Virus record (IMG/VR): IMGVR_UViG_3300010362_000003 | Coordinates: 1-47,435 of that record | Reading direction: 5' to 3' (one strand) | Source: a virus | Lineage: Duplodnaviria > Caudoviricetes | Length of the DNA stretch: 47,435 bases | Part shown: positions 35,692 to 43,276 of the stretch, in pieces | How the letters are laid out: every line of letters starts with the position of its first letter | Numbering within the stretch: the first letter of the stretch is position 1 | The notes under the pieces: model-generated | Told to the model about the DNA's origin: nothing | Database searches by the model: none | What the model saw: the letters and a program-made list of their open reading frames with translations, nothing else | Translations under genes and position numbers: made by a program

Positions 35692-35849
35692 CTGTCGGAG
35701 AGCTCCGCAAGGCCCTCGAGGGCCGGCCGGCTGGCGACAAGCTCTCGGTCTACTCCTACGGCACCGAGCGCGTCGTCACCAAGGTCGAGGTCTTCCCCAC
35801 CCCGAAGGGCACGACGCTCGTGCTGCTGACGCGCGAGGGACGATCATGA
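35688..35849 (+). CDS. Hypothetical protein
   Basis: MTVGELRKALEG..; ATGA coupling at both ends. Confidence 0.6.
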   Translation: MTVGELRKALEGRPAGDKLSVYSYGTERVVTKVEVFPTPKGTTLVLLTREGRS

Positions 35850-36076
35850 AGATGCCGATCGAGATCCCCTACGGCGCAGCTGCGCCCGACCTCTACCTCG
35901 AGACCGGCTGCGAGGACGCGCTCGTCGAGCACGAGCTCGAGCTGATCATCAAGAACCACAACGACGAGGAGGCAGAAAGGATCTGTCGCGCCGCCGTGGT
36001 CCTGAAGGCGAAGTTCCCGACCGCGAGCTTCGGCACCTGCCTCTGCACGGCGCTCCTCTACGAGCAGGCGCTCTGA
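35846..36076 (+). CDS. Hypothetical protein
   Basis: ATGA coupling. Confidence 0.6.
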   Translation: MKMPIEIPYGAAAPDLYLETGCEDALVEHELELIIKNHNDEEAERICRAAVVLKAKFPTASFGTCLCTALLYEQAL

Positions 36077-36100
36077 TGCACCAGACGAGCACCAACCCCC

Positions 36101-36129
36101 TTGACTTTCCGCGGCGGCGCTCTTATCCT
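36101..36129 (+). promoter_or_regulatory. Sigma70/SigA-type promoter
   Basis: TTGACT-17-TATCCT. Confidence 0.75.
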
Positions 36130-36224
36130 CCGTCGCTCCATCCCTTGATCGCCGGCGATGGCTCCTCTGACCGCAGTCAGAGCCAGCCTGCAGCCACCGA
36201 TCCTGATGTAGGAGGCACGAACCT

Positions 36225-36920
36225 ATGAGTGATACCGAAGCCGTCGGCTCGAGCGAGCCGACCCCCAGCTTCGACGAGCTCGTCGAGGCCGCCGTCGCGA
36301 GCGCCCACGGCCGCTACGGTTACATCGACGAAACCGGCGTCTACGACTCGACGCCGCTCGCGGACAAGCTGCTGCCGTTCGTCGCGGGGGCCGTGGCAAC
36401 GAAGACGAGCGAGCGGGCGACGGTCTGCATCCGCCGCCGCGGCCTCGTCGCGCACGCCTACCCCGACGTTCCCGGCCCGGAGGCCTGGGCCGAGCAGGAG
36501 GACCCGCTGCTGGCAGAAGCCGTTTACCTGCGGGTCGACGGCTGCTGCTGGCGACTAACCTCGATCAATCCGAACGGCAAGCTGCAGCAACGCCTGAACG
36601 GCGAGCACGCCGTCGTGCTCGTCCGCACCAAGGTCAACCCCGACCAGACGCCGGCCGTCTACGTCACGAGGGATCGCGGCTGTCTCGTCGAGGACATCAT
36701 CAAGCCCCAGAACGCCACTCAGATGAAGCGGGCGAACAACGAGGCCGCCCTCATGGAGATGCTGATTCAGCGGATCCCCGAGCATGGCCCGCGGTTCCAC
36801 CGCGATCTGAAGGGCGGGCTGACGAGGGCCACCAACAGCGCGCTGGCGATCACCGAAGCCGCTGTCGAGGCCCTCGACGGCGTCGACGACGACGACCAGA
36901 GCGTCGAGGACGCCGACTAG
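36225..36920 (+). CDS. Hypothetical protein (moron cassette gene 1)
   Basis: AGGAGG RBS; 231 aa. Confidence 0.75.
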   Translation: MSDTEAVGSSEPTPSFDELVEAAVASAHGRYGYIDETGVYDSTPLADKLLPFVAGAVATKTSERATVCIRRRGLVAHAYPDVPGPEAWAEQEDPLLAEAVYLRVDGCCWRLTSINPNGKLQQRLNGEHAVVLVRTKVNPDQTPAVYVTRDRGCLVEDIIKPQNATQMKRANNEAALMEMLIQRIPEHGPRFHRDLKGGLTRATNSALAITEAAVEALDGVDDDDQSVEDAD

Positions 36921-36931
36921 GGGCGGGAGCA

Positions 36932-36955
36932 GGGGGGCCGCTCCGGCGGCCCCCC
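36932..36955 (+). terminator. Intergenic GC-rich hairpin
   Basis: GGGGGGCCGC-TCCG-GCGGCCCCCC with a weak U tract. Confidence 0.5.
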
Positions 36956-36970
36956 GCTCTTGGCTACGCC

Positions 36971-37630
36971 ATGAAACGGAAACGTACCGTGAAAACGCAG
37001 ACGATCAGGCCGTCGGGGCGCAAGGTCGCAGACAACCCCGAGGTCCTGAACTGGATCCGGCAGTTGACCCGCAAGGGCACGCCGACGAAGCGGATCGTGC
37101 GGCTCTCGCACGGCGACGACTACCCGCTGCCGGGGCAGCCGCTCTCCGACGGCACGCTCTCCTCCTGCCGGTCGGTGATCCAGCACCTGGAGACGCTCGG
37201 GGCGCGCTTCCCGCTCGAGCCGAACGGGCTGCGCAAGTCGGGCAACAACAGCCGCAAGCTGCACGAGGTCGGGCGCAACCGCGCCGCCGCCCGCAAGGCC
37301 GGCGAGTCGCTCGTCTTCTGGGACACCGCCTACCAGGTGACCCAGCTCGCCGGCCTACTGCAGACGCTCGAGCTCGCCGACGTGGAGCTCGACGAGCAGA
37401 ACCTGGACACGATGACCGACCTGCTCGAGATGCTGCTCTACCTGGCCGAGTGGATGGAGCGGTCGCTCCACGCGATCACGGCGAGGATGGGCGAGCACGC
37501 GGTCCTGAGCACGATCGAGAAGCTGCGCCGGATGACGGTCGCGAACGGCTGCAGCGAGGAGGAGGCCGACAACGCGCGGCGCGCCGCGGCCCGGCTCGAG
37601 CGCCAGCTGCGGGCGCAGCTCGAGGCGTAG
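36971..37630 (+). CDS. Protein with C-terminal DUF2786-like helix pair (moron gene 2)
   Basis: TIEKLRRM..NGCSEEEADNARRAAARL. Confidence 0.6.
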   Translation: MKRKRTVKTQTIRPSGRKVADNPEVLNWIRQLTRKGTPTKRIVRLSHGDDYPLPGQPLSDGTLSSCRSVIQHLETLGARFPLEPNGLRKSGNNSRKLHEVGRNRAAARKAGESLVFWDTAYQVTQLAGLLQTLELADVELDEQNLDTMTDLLEMLLYLAEWMERSLHAITARMGEHAVLSTIEKLRRMTVANGCSEEEADNARRAAARLERQLRAQLEA

Positions 37631-37923
37631 TGGAACGGTACGAATGCACACGCTGCCGCAACGAATCAGGGTTCCGAGTGCATCACGATCCGAGCTCGAA
37701 GATCGGCCAGAAGCATCTGCGTTACGGACGACCGATCATCGGATACGCGGAAATGTCGGTTGCGGAGCACATCGAGGCGGCGACGGAGCTGATGCGGGAG
37801 ATCACCGCGAACGGGGCGTGGACGCAGGAATCGTTACGACGCGTCGAAGACGCATACCAGCCGCTGAGGGATCTGCTGTCTGAATATCGCGACTGGCTGG
37901 AGGAAGAAGAGAGAAACGAGTGA
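37630..37923 (+). CDS. Hypothetical protein (moron gene 3)
   Basis: TAGTG coupling; YECTRC..H. Confidence 0.55.
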   Translation: MERYECTRCRNESGFRVHHDPSSKIGQKHLRYGRPIIGYAEMSVAEHIEAATELMREITANGAWTQESLRRVEDAYQPLRDLLSEYRDWLEEEERNE

Positions 37924-37952
37924 GGAATCCGAGCTCGTGTTTTTCGGCGACC

Positions 37953-37980
37953 GAGGCCCGCTCCGGCGGGCCTCTTTCGT
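37953..37980 (+). terminator. Intrinsic terminator
   Basis: GAGGCCCGC-TCCG-GCGGGCCTC then TTTCGT. Confidence 0.8.
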
Positions 37981-38385
37981 ACTGCTTGCGAGCGATAAAG
38001 CACCAGAACGATACCAACGAGTCATTCGCAAGCTGGAAACCCCGAGGCGACATCAGTGTTCAAGCGGCATTTGGTGCGGTGACGAGACTGTTCCAGTGTC
38101 TTGGCAGCAAGGTCCGTGCCTAGGCACCAGTTGGCGCGCCAGCGAGCTCTATGGCTTGACTAAGCGGAAAGAGCCGAGAGCGGTGCTAGGCACCAGTTGC
38201 GCCGCAGCGCCTGTAGGGAACTCAAGAAGAAGGTCTGGTACCAGCGAGTACCAGGCATGCCAAGGCGGAACTGAGGCCCGAGAGCCCCAGTTCCGTACTT
38301 CAACCAGAGAAGTTCCCATCAGCTTCCCAACGCCTCAAAGACGTTGAGTGCCCTGAGGAAACGAAGCAGATTGTAACCACAAAGA

Positions 38386-38407
38386 GGTTCGAAACCCGCT
38401 GGGGTTA
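38386..38407 (+). other. Candidate attP core resembling a tRNA 3' end
   Basis: GG-TTCGAAA-CCCGC-TGGGGTT-A matches T-loop(7)/T-stem(5)/acceptor(7)/discriminator geometry. Confidence 0.35.
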
Positions 38408-38431
38408 GCACAAGATTAATGCGAAGTCTCG

Positions 38432-39562
38432 CTAAGAGCGGGAGTAAAACGACTGTGGGTTCCCGTGTTCAGAGGCGAAATGAAGGTGAGCAACCCCGTT
38501 CGCCTCGCCTGAGTAACCGAGCAGATCGCCAGCCTTAACACGAGAACCGGGCTGAATCCCAGGAGCAAACTTCGAAAGGTGGGCGTAGTAGTACTGATTG
38601 CCACCGCCGTTCAAGTGAAGGCGAAGACCAGCGAAGCGCCCACCAGAGCCGAGAGAGCCGAACTGGGGACCGATAACGCCGTTCGTAACTGCGTAGATCG
38701 GAGTGCCCACGGGAGTAGAAACGTCGACCGCGTTCTCGGACTCCCAGTTGTCGGAGCCGCCGCGGACGTTGAACTCCTTGCCGTGAGTCCCCGAGAACGG
38801 GGTGCCGATCACAGAACCAGAGACGGGCGTACCCGAGTAGTCGCCGGCTGGTCCAGAGAAGAGATTGCCGCCAGAAGTCCCAGCGGCAGGGGCCCCTGTG
38901 ACGGGCGCTCCGGGCTTGGGGGGCCCGAGCGTCGGCACGCTGGGCATCGGGATCGTCGGGAAGGCCGCCTCCCGTCCTGCCTGCCGGATCGCTGAACCGA
39001 GGATCGCGTTCGTGAACGCCTGGTCGCCCTTGCCGAGCGAGCTCAGCACGGCGCTCGAGTAGTCGGGCTCCGCCGCGAGGTGAAGCGCCGACAGCCCTCC
39101 GGTTGGCATCCGCAGCGTCGGTGCGCCCGCCGTCGGGACAGAGCTCGCCGCTGAGCTCAGCGAGCGCGAGCCGCTGTCGGCCGAGGGAACGTACTTCTCG
39201 CCCAGCAGCCTGAGAACGCCGGAGCCGGTTCCCCAAGGCGAGCTCGCCAAAGCCTGCGCAGCTGCGCTTGCGCTCGTCCCCTGGCGCAGCGCCCCGAGGA
39301 TGTCGCCGTAGTAGCCGTTCTTGAGCGTGTCGATCGTCGCCTGGATGCCGGCCTGCGGTGTCGCGTAGCCGCGCACCCCGGCCGAGTTGGCGGGGCCGAC
39401 CTGCTGCCCGCTCTGCAGCGTCGTGTTGAACGGGTTGTTCGAGTAGGTGCCGCCCTCGGCTCGCTGCCAGAGGTCGAAGAACTTGAGGTTCGCCGGCGTG
39501 ACTGGCGCTCCGACCCCCTGCAGGATCTGCTGCCGCCAGTTGCCGACTCCGGGCGTTGCCAT
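38432..39562 (-). CDS. Virion-associated peptidoglycan hydrolase: lysozyme-like N-domain plus M23 peptidase
   Basis: WQRAEGG..NNPFNTT..GVRGY; AVD..GTPIYA..YAHL..VKAGD..HLHF. Confidence 0.8.
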   Translation of the reverse strand: MATPGVGNWRQQILQGVGAPVTPANLKFFDLWQRAEGGTYSNNPFNTTLQSGQQVGPANSAGVRGYATPQAGIQATIDTLKNGYYGDILGALRQGTSASAAAQALASSPWGTGSGVLRLLGEKYVPSADSGSRSLSSAASSVPTAGAPTLRMPTGGLSALHLAAEPDYSSAVLSSLGKGDQAFTNAILGSAIRQAGREAAFPTIPMPSVPTLGPPKPGAPVTGAPAAGTSGGNLFSGPAGDYSGTPVSGSVIGTPFSGTHGKEFNVRGGSDNWESENAVDVSTPVGTPIYAVTNGVIGPQFGSLGSGGRFAGLRLHLNGGGNQYYYAHLSKFAPGIQPGSRVKAGDLLGYSGEANGVAHLHFASEHGNPQSFYSRS

Positions 39563-42500
39563 CTAGTCGCCTCGGCCTGCGTAGTAGTGGGCCTGCTGCA
39601 GGTTGATGTCCCTGACCGGGTAGCCGAGGAAGGCGAGCAGCATGTCGAGGCTCGAGCGGGTCGGGTAGAGCCTTGACTCCGGCGGCCGGCCGCCGAGCGC
39701 CGGCGGTACGCCTGGGATCAGGCGCATCTCTGGCAGGTTGCCGAGGAAGTTCTTGCCGAAGTACTGCAGGAGCCCCGGCTCCGGACCGCGCTGGCCTGGG
39801 GTCGCCTTGCCGCCCGCCCACGCCATCGGCGTCGCGAGAAACGGGTTCCACATATTCATGAAGGTGTCTCTGCCGGCCTTCGTGTGCGGGCCGATGCCGG
39901 CAGCGGCACCAGCGGCGATCCCCAGCTGGGCGACGGTCTGGAACGGGTTCGCGCTCTGCAGCGACAGCACCAACTGCTGGTCGCCCTTCGGCGCTCCGAG
40001 CGGCACGATCCCGCGCAGATAGGTGGGCAGGCTGCCGAGCTGATCCGACTGCGCGTTCTCCTGCAGCTGGGCGAGCTTCGCGTAGATCGCGATCCGCACC
40101 GGATGGTCGAACGGGAACTTGAGCGCGATCCTCGTGATCTCGCGGTACCAGGCCCAGAACGGGATCAGCGTCCTGAGCGTCGACTGCTCGACCTCACTCA
40201 GCGAGAGGAAGTTGCCGAGCGCGTCGTTCACCTCGCGGCCGGCCAGCTCCTTCTCGGCCGGGTTCTCGAGCCCCTTCCGCATCGCGTCACGCCAGTTGCG
40301 CGTCTCTCTCGGCATCGCCTTGTAGATCGCCTTCACCTCGTCGGAGCCGAGCAGGACGGCGTTCACGCCGAGTCTTCTCAGTCCCGTCTCGACCTTCTTG
40401 TCGAGCTTCGGCAGCCAGCGGAACGGGTTCAAGGGACCGGTGCCGGCCTTGTAGGCCGCCTCGCCGCCGGGGAGCTTCTCGAGCGCGCGGCCGGCCCAGG
40501 TCTCGCCGGGGAGCTGCGTCCCCCAGAAGGTGCCGGCCTCCGACTGCGTCGGCATCAGCTCGCGAATGTCCTGGCTCGAGAGCGACTTCTTCAGCTCCGG
40601 CATGCCGAGCGCCTTGCGAACACCCTGCACCCCCTTCGTGTCATGGATCACCGCCAGCACCGCCCTGAGGCCGTCGACGCCGGCGAAGCGGAGCGTCCAG
40701 AGGATCGCGTTGCCGACGAAGTTGTTCTCGAGCCAGGGGATACGGAGATGCAAGACGAGCTTGCGCCAGACCTCGAGCGGGTGCTCGACGATCCTTCTGA
40801 GCGCGCTGTTGACGAGGCGCGACTCGCCCTGCAGCACATTGGCGTAGCTGTTCGGAACGGCGAGCCGGCGGCCCTGCTCGTCGAGGGCGATCTGCTCCAC
40901 CTCCGCCAGGTCCTCACCGGGCTTCTGCTTCAGAGTCAAAGGCTCGTACTCGGAGATGTCGGGGAAGGCGCGCGCGAACGCCGCCTGATGCTCCCCTTCC
41001 CCGGTCAGGGTGGTCGGGATCCGCTCGCCGCGGCGCTCGCGGAGCCAGCGGTAGCCGGCCGGCAGCCCGCCCCCCGGCAGACCCTCGTTCGCCTTCGGGA
41101 CGGCGTAGGCGCGCTCGCGCGCGCGCGTGTGCAGGTCAGCCATGTAGTCATGGTTCATCGAGCGCAGAAAAGCGGGGGTCAGCTTGTCGGTGTGGAGCGC
41201 GAGCTCGCCGAGGTCGAACAGGGTCAGGTGCGACTGGTGCACGTCGGAGGCGTGCGGCGTCAGACCACCGCCCTTGCCTCGCTGCGGGATCCCCGGCGCG
41301 TGGTCCTTCGCCATCATGTCCGGCTTGTAGTAGGGCTGCGGCCGGCCAGCTGCCTCGAGCTCCGCCCTGAGCTCGTCGATCGTCGGACCACCGACGAGAC
41401 CGGTCGGCTCGACGCGCTTCGCCGCCGCCGCGTCCATCTTCTCGAGCTTGTCACGCGCAACCGAGAGCGCGCCGGCGAGCTGCTCCGCCCGATGCCAGCC
41501 GCGCGGGTGCAGCATCGTGCCGTTGCCAAGGATGACTCGGCCGTCCTCGAGCTGGCGCGAGCCGAGCTCGAGCTGCTTGCGCTCACGGCGCAGCTTCTGC
41601 AACTGGTTCGAGAGCTTGTTGATGTCTTTGCGCAGGTCGGCGCTCGAGGCGCGCGAGCCCTGGATCTTCGCCGTCAGCTCTTCGATCGTCCGCTGCATCT
41701 CCTCGATCGACGGGATCGCCACGTCACCCGTCAGGTTCAGCGCCCCGACCTCGCTCCTCGCCTTGTCAGCGATATTGCCCATGTCGCCGGCCAGGTTGGC
41801 GAGCCGTTGCCACGCGGTCCGGTGCTTGATCGCGTCGAGGATCTGCGGACTGTCCGCAGGAAGAGCCTTCTCGAGCTGGCGGATCTGCTTGTTCAAGGCG
41901 TCGATCGAAGCCTGCACCTCCGCCTCGCGGCTCGAGGGCGGGATGATCTGCCCGATCCGGCGGCGCTGCGCCGCCGTCCAGTAGCCACGCAGCGGCACGT
42001 CCCCGGTCAGGTGAGCGACCGAGGGCTGTGGTTCGTGGATCTTCTGGACGCGGCCGACCGCTCGCTCAGTCAGGCCCTCGAGCCTTGTCGTGTAGGCGCG
42101 GTGCGCCTCGTGGCGCTGCCCGATCTTGCCGAGCTTCGCCGGCGTCGGCTCGACGAACTCCGCCCCCCTGATCCGACGCAGATGCCGCCAGACCGAGGTC
42201 GCGGCCGTCTCCGGGCTCAGGTTGCCGAGCCGCGTCTCGATCTCCTCACGCAGATCAGCGACAGCTCGACCTGCCTCGTTCGCCGCCAGCAGCCGATCGG
42301 ACGGGTCGTCGAAGGCCTCGAGCACCTTCTCGTGCAGGATCAGCCGACGCGTGTCGCGGCCGACAGCGGTGTCCGGCAGCGCCCGCGCCCAGGCCTCGAC
42401 ATCCTTGCGCTGGAAGCCCATCGAGATCAGGTCCTCCGCCACCCGCTCGTACTTGTTGAGGCCGCGGAAGGCCTTCTGGTAGTCAGCGAAGACATCGTTC

Positions 42501-43276
42501 AGACGGTGCTTCAGGTAGGTGTCGCCGGCGAGCCGCTTGTCGGCTCTGGCAGCGCGCGCGAACTCCCCGACGATCGCCCGCTCCGGCCCGACGATGTTCT
42601 TCAGCAGTTTGTCGGTTGCGAGCATCCGCGCCGCCTGGGCTCCGCGACGAGGCAGCGTCCGCACGATCGTCGGTTCGCCGCCGTGGGAACCGTAGGCGGT
42701 GATCGTCTGCAGCGGCCCCTTGTAGCGGCCGGTCAGGACCGCCTCCGTCTTCAGCGCCCGCGCCTCGGCGGCGGTGATCTCGCCCGCCTTGATCCCCGCC
42801 TCGAGCGCCCGTGCCGTCAGAGGCACCGCCGCGAGCCTCGAGACGCCGCCGGTGGCGACGGCGAGCAGGTCGAAGATCGGCATCAGCGGGTGGGCGTGGA
42901 AGCGGCGGTAGAACTCGTGCACGTTGCCGTGGACGAGCGGGCTGTACTGGTAGGCCTCAGACTTCGCGAGCGGGACGACCGCCTGCTCCCAGAGCTTGCC
43001 GCCCTTGCGGCCGTGCAGATAGCGCCACTGGTCGCTGAAGAAGGCCTCGGGGAGCTTGATGGCCGCCTCGACGGTGGCCGGGATCGCGCCCCAGAGCGCG
43101 CCGCCGAGGTCACGCGCCAGGTTACCGCCGAGCGTGCCGTGGTGCGCAGCCGCTGCCACCACGGCCCCGGGGATGTAGCTCGACGAGGCCGGGTTGAGCG
43201 TGGAAGGTAGGCCGCTGCTGGGCGTCGACCTGCTTGGCGGGACGTAGTCGGAGGAGGCGGGGTTGTTACTGGCCAC
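39563..43276 (-). CDS. Large internal virion (ejection)-like protein
   Basis: 1237 aa, helical with coiled coil, ..IPFWAW.. motif; podovirus position. Confidence 0.6.
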   Translation of the reverse strand: MASNNPASSDYVPPSRSTPSSGLPSTLNPASSSYIPGAVVAAAAHHGTLGGNLARDLGGALWGAIPATVEAAIKLPEAFFSDQWRYLHGRKGGKLWEQAVVPLAKSEAYQYSPLVHGNVHEFYRRFHAHPLMPIFDLLAVATGGVSRLAAVPLTARALEAGIKAGEITAAEARALKTEAVLTGRYKGPLQTITAYGSHGGEPTIVRTLPRRGAQAARMLATDKLLKNIVGPERAIVGEFARAARADKRLAGDTYLKHRLNDVFADYQKAFRGLNKYERVAEDLISMGFQRKDVEAWARALPDTAVGRDTRRLILHEKVLEAFDDPSDRLLAANEAGRAVADLREEIETRLGNLSPETAATSVWRHLRRIRGAEFVEPTPAKLGKIGQRHEAHRAYTTRLEGLTERAVGRVQKIHEPQPSVAHLTGDVPLRGYWTAAQRRRIGQIIPPSSREAEVQASIDALNKQIRQLEKALPADSPQILDAIKHRTAWQRLANLAGDMGNIADKARSEVGALNLTGDVAIPSIEEMQRTIEELTAKIQGSRASSADLRKDINKLSNQLQKLRRERKQLELGSRQLEDGRVILGNGTMLHPRGWHRAEQLAGALSVARDKLEKMDAAAAKRVEPTGLVGGPTIDELRAELEAAGRPQPYYKPDMMAKDHAPGIPQRGKGGGLTPHASDVHQSHLTLFDLGELALHTDKLTPAFLRSMNHDYMADLHTRARERAYAVPKANEGLPGGGLPAGYRWLRERRGERIPTTLTGEGEHQAAFARAFPDISEYEPLTLKQKPGEDLAEVEQIALDEQGRRLAVPNSYANVLQGESRLVNSALRRIVEHPLEVWRKLVLHLRIPWLENNFVGNAILWTLRFAGVDGLRAVLAVIHDTKGVQGVRKALGMPELKKSLSSQDIRELMPTQSEAGTFWGTQLPGETWAGRALEKLPGGEAAYKAGTGPLNPFRWLPKLDKKVETGLRRLGVNAVLLGSDEVKAIYKAMPRETRNWRDAMRKGLENPAEKELAGREVNDALGNFLSLSEVEQSTLRTLIPFWAWYREITRIALKFPFDHPVRIAIYAKLAQLQENAQSDQLGSLPTYLRGIVPLGAPKGDQQLVLSLQSANPFQTVAQLGIAAGAAAGIGPHTKAGRDTFMNMWNPFLATPMAWAGGKATPGQRGPEPGLLQYFGKNFLGNLPEMRLIPGVPPALGGRPPESRLYPTRSSLDMLLAFLGYPVRDINLQQAHYYAGRGD

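Noticed and set aside
38283-38410. Intact tRNA gene
   Set aside because: The T-stem and anticodon stem do not pair and the spacing is wrong; no complete tRNA seen
38348-38411. Hammerhead-like CTGAGGA...CGAAA...GTT arrangement
   Set aside because: The closing pairs of stems I and II are A-C mismatches and stem II is poorly formed; the tRNA-end reading fits as well or better
39884-43210. 1108-aa plus-strand ORF (also 9954..11657, 13034..14161, 43263..44822, 7129..8241 and 34405..35625)
   Set aside because: Antisense shadows of real genes, expected in high-GC DNA; Arg/Leu/Val-rich with no motifs
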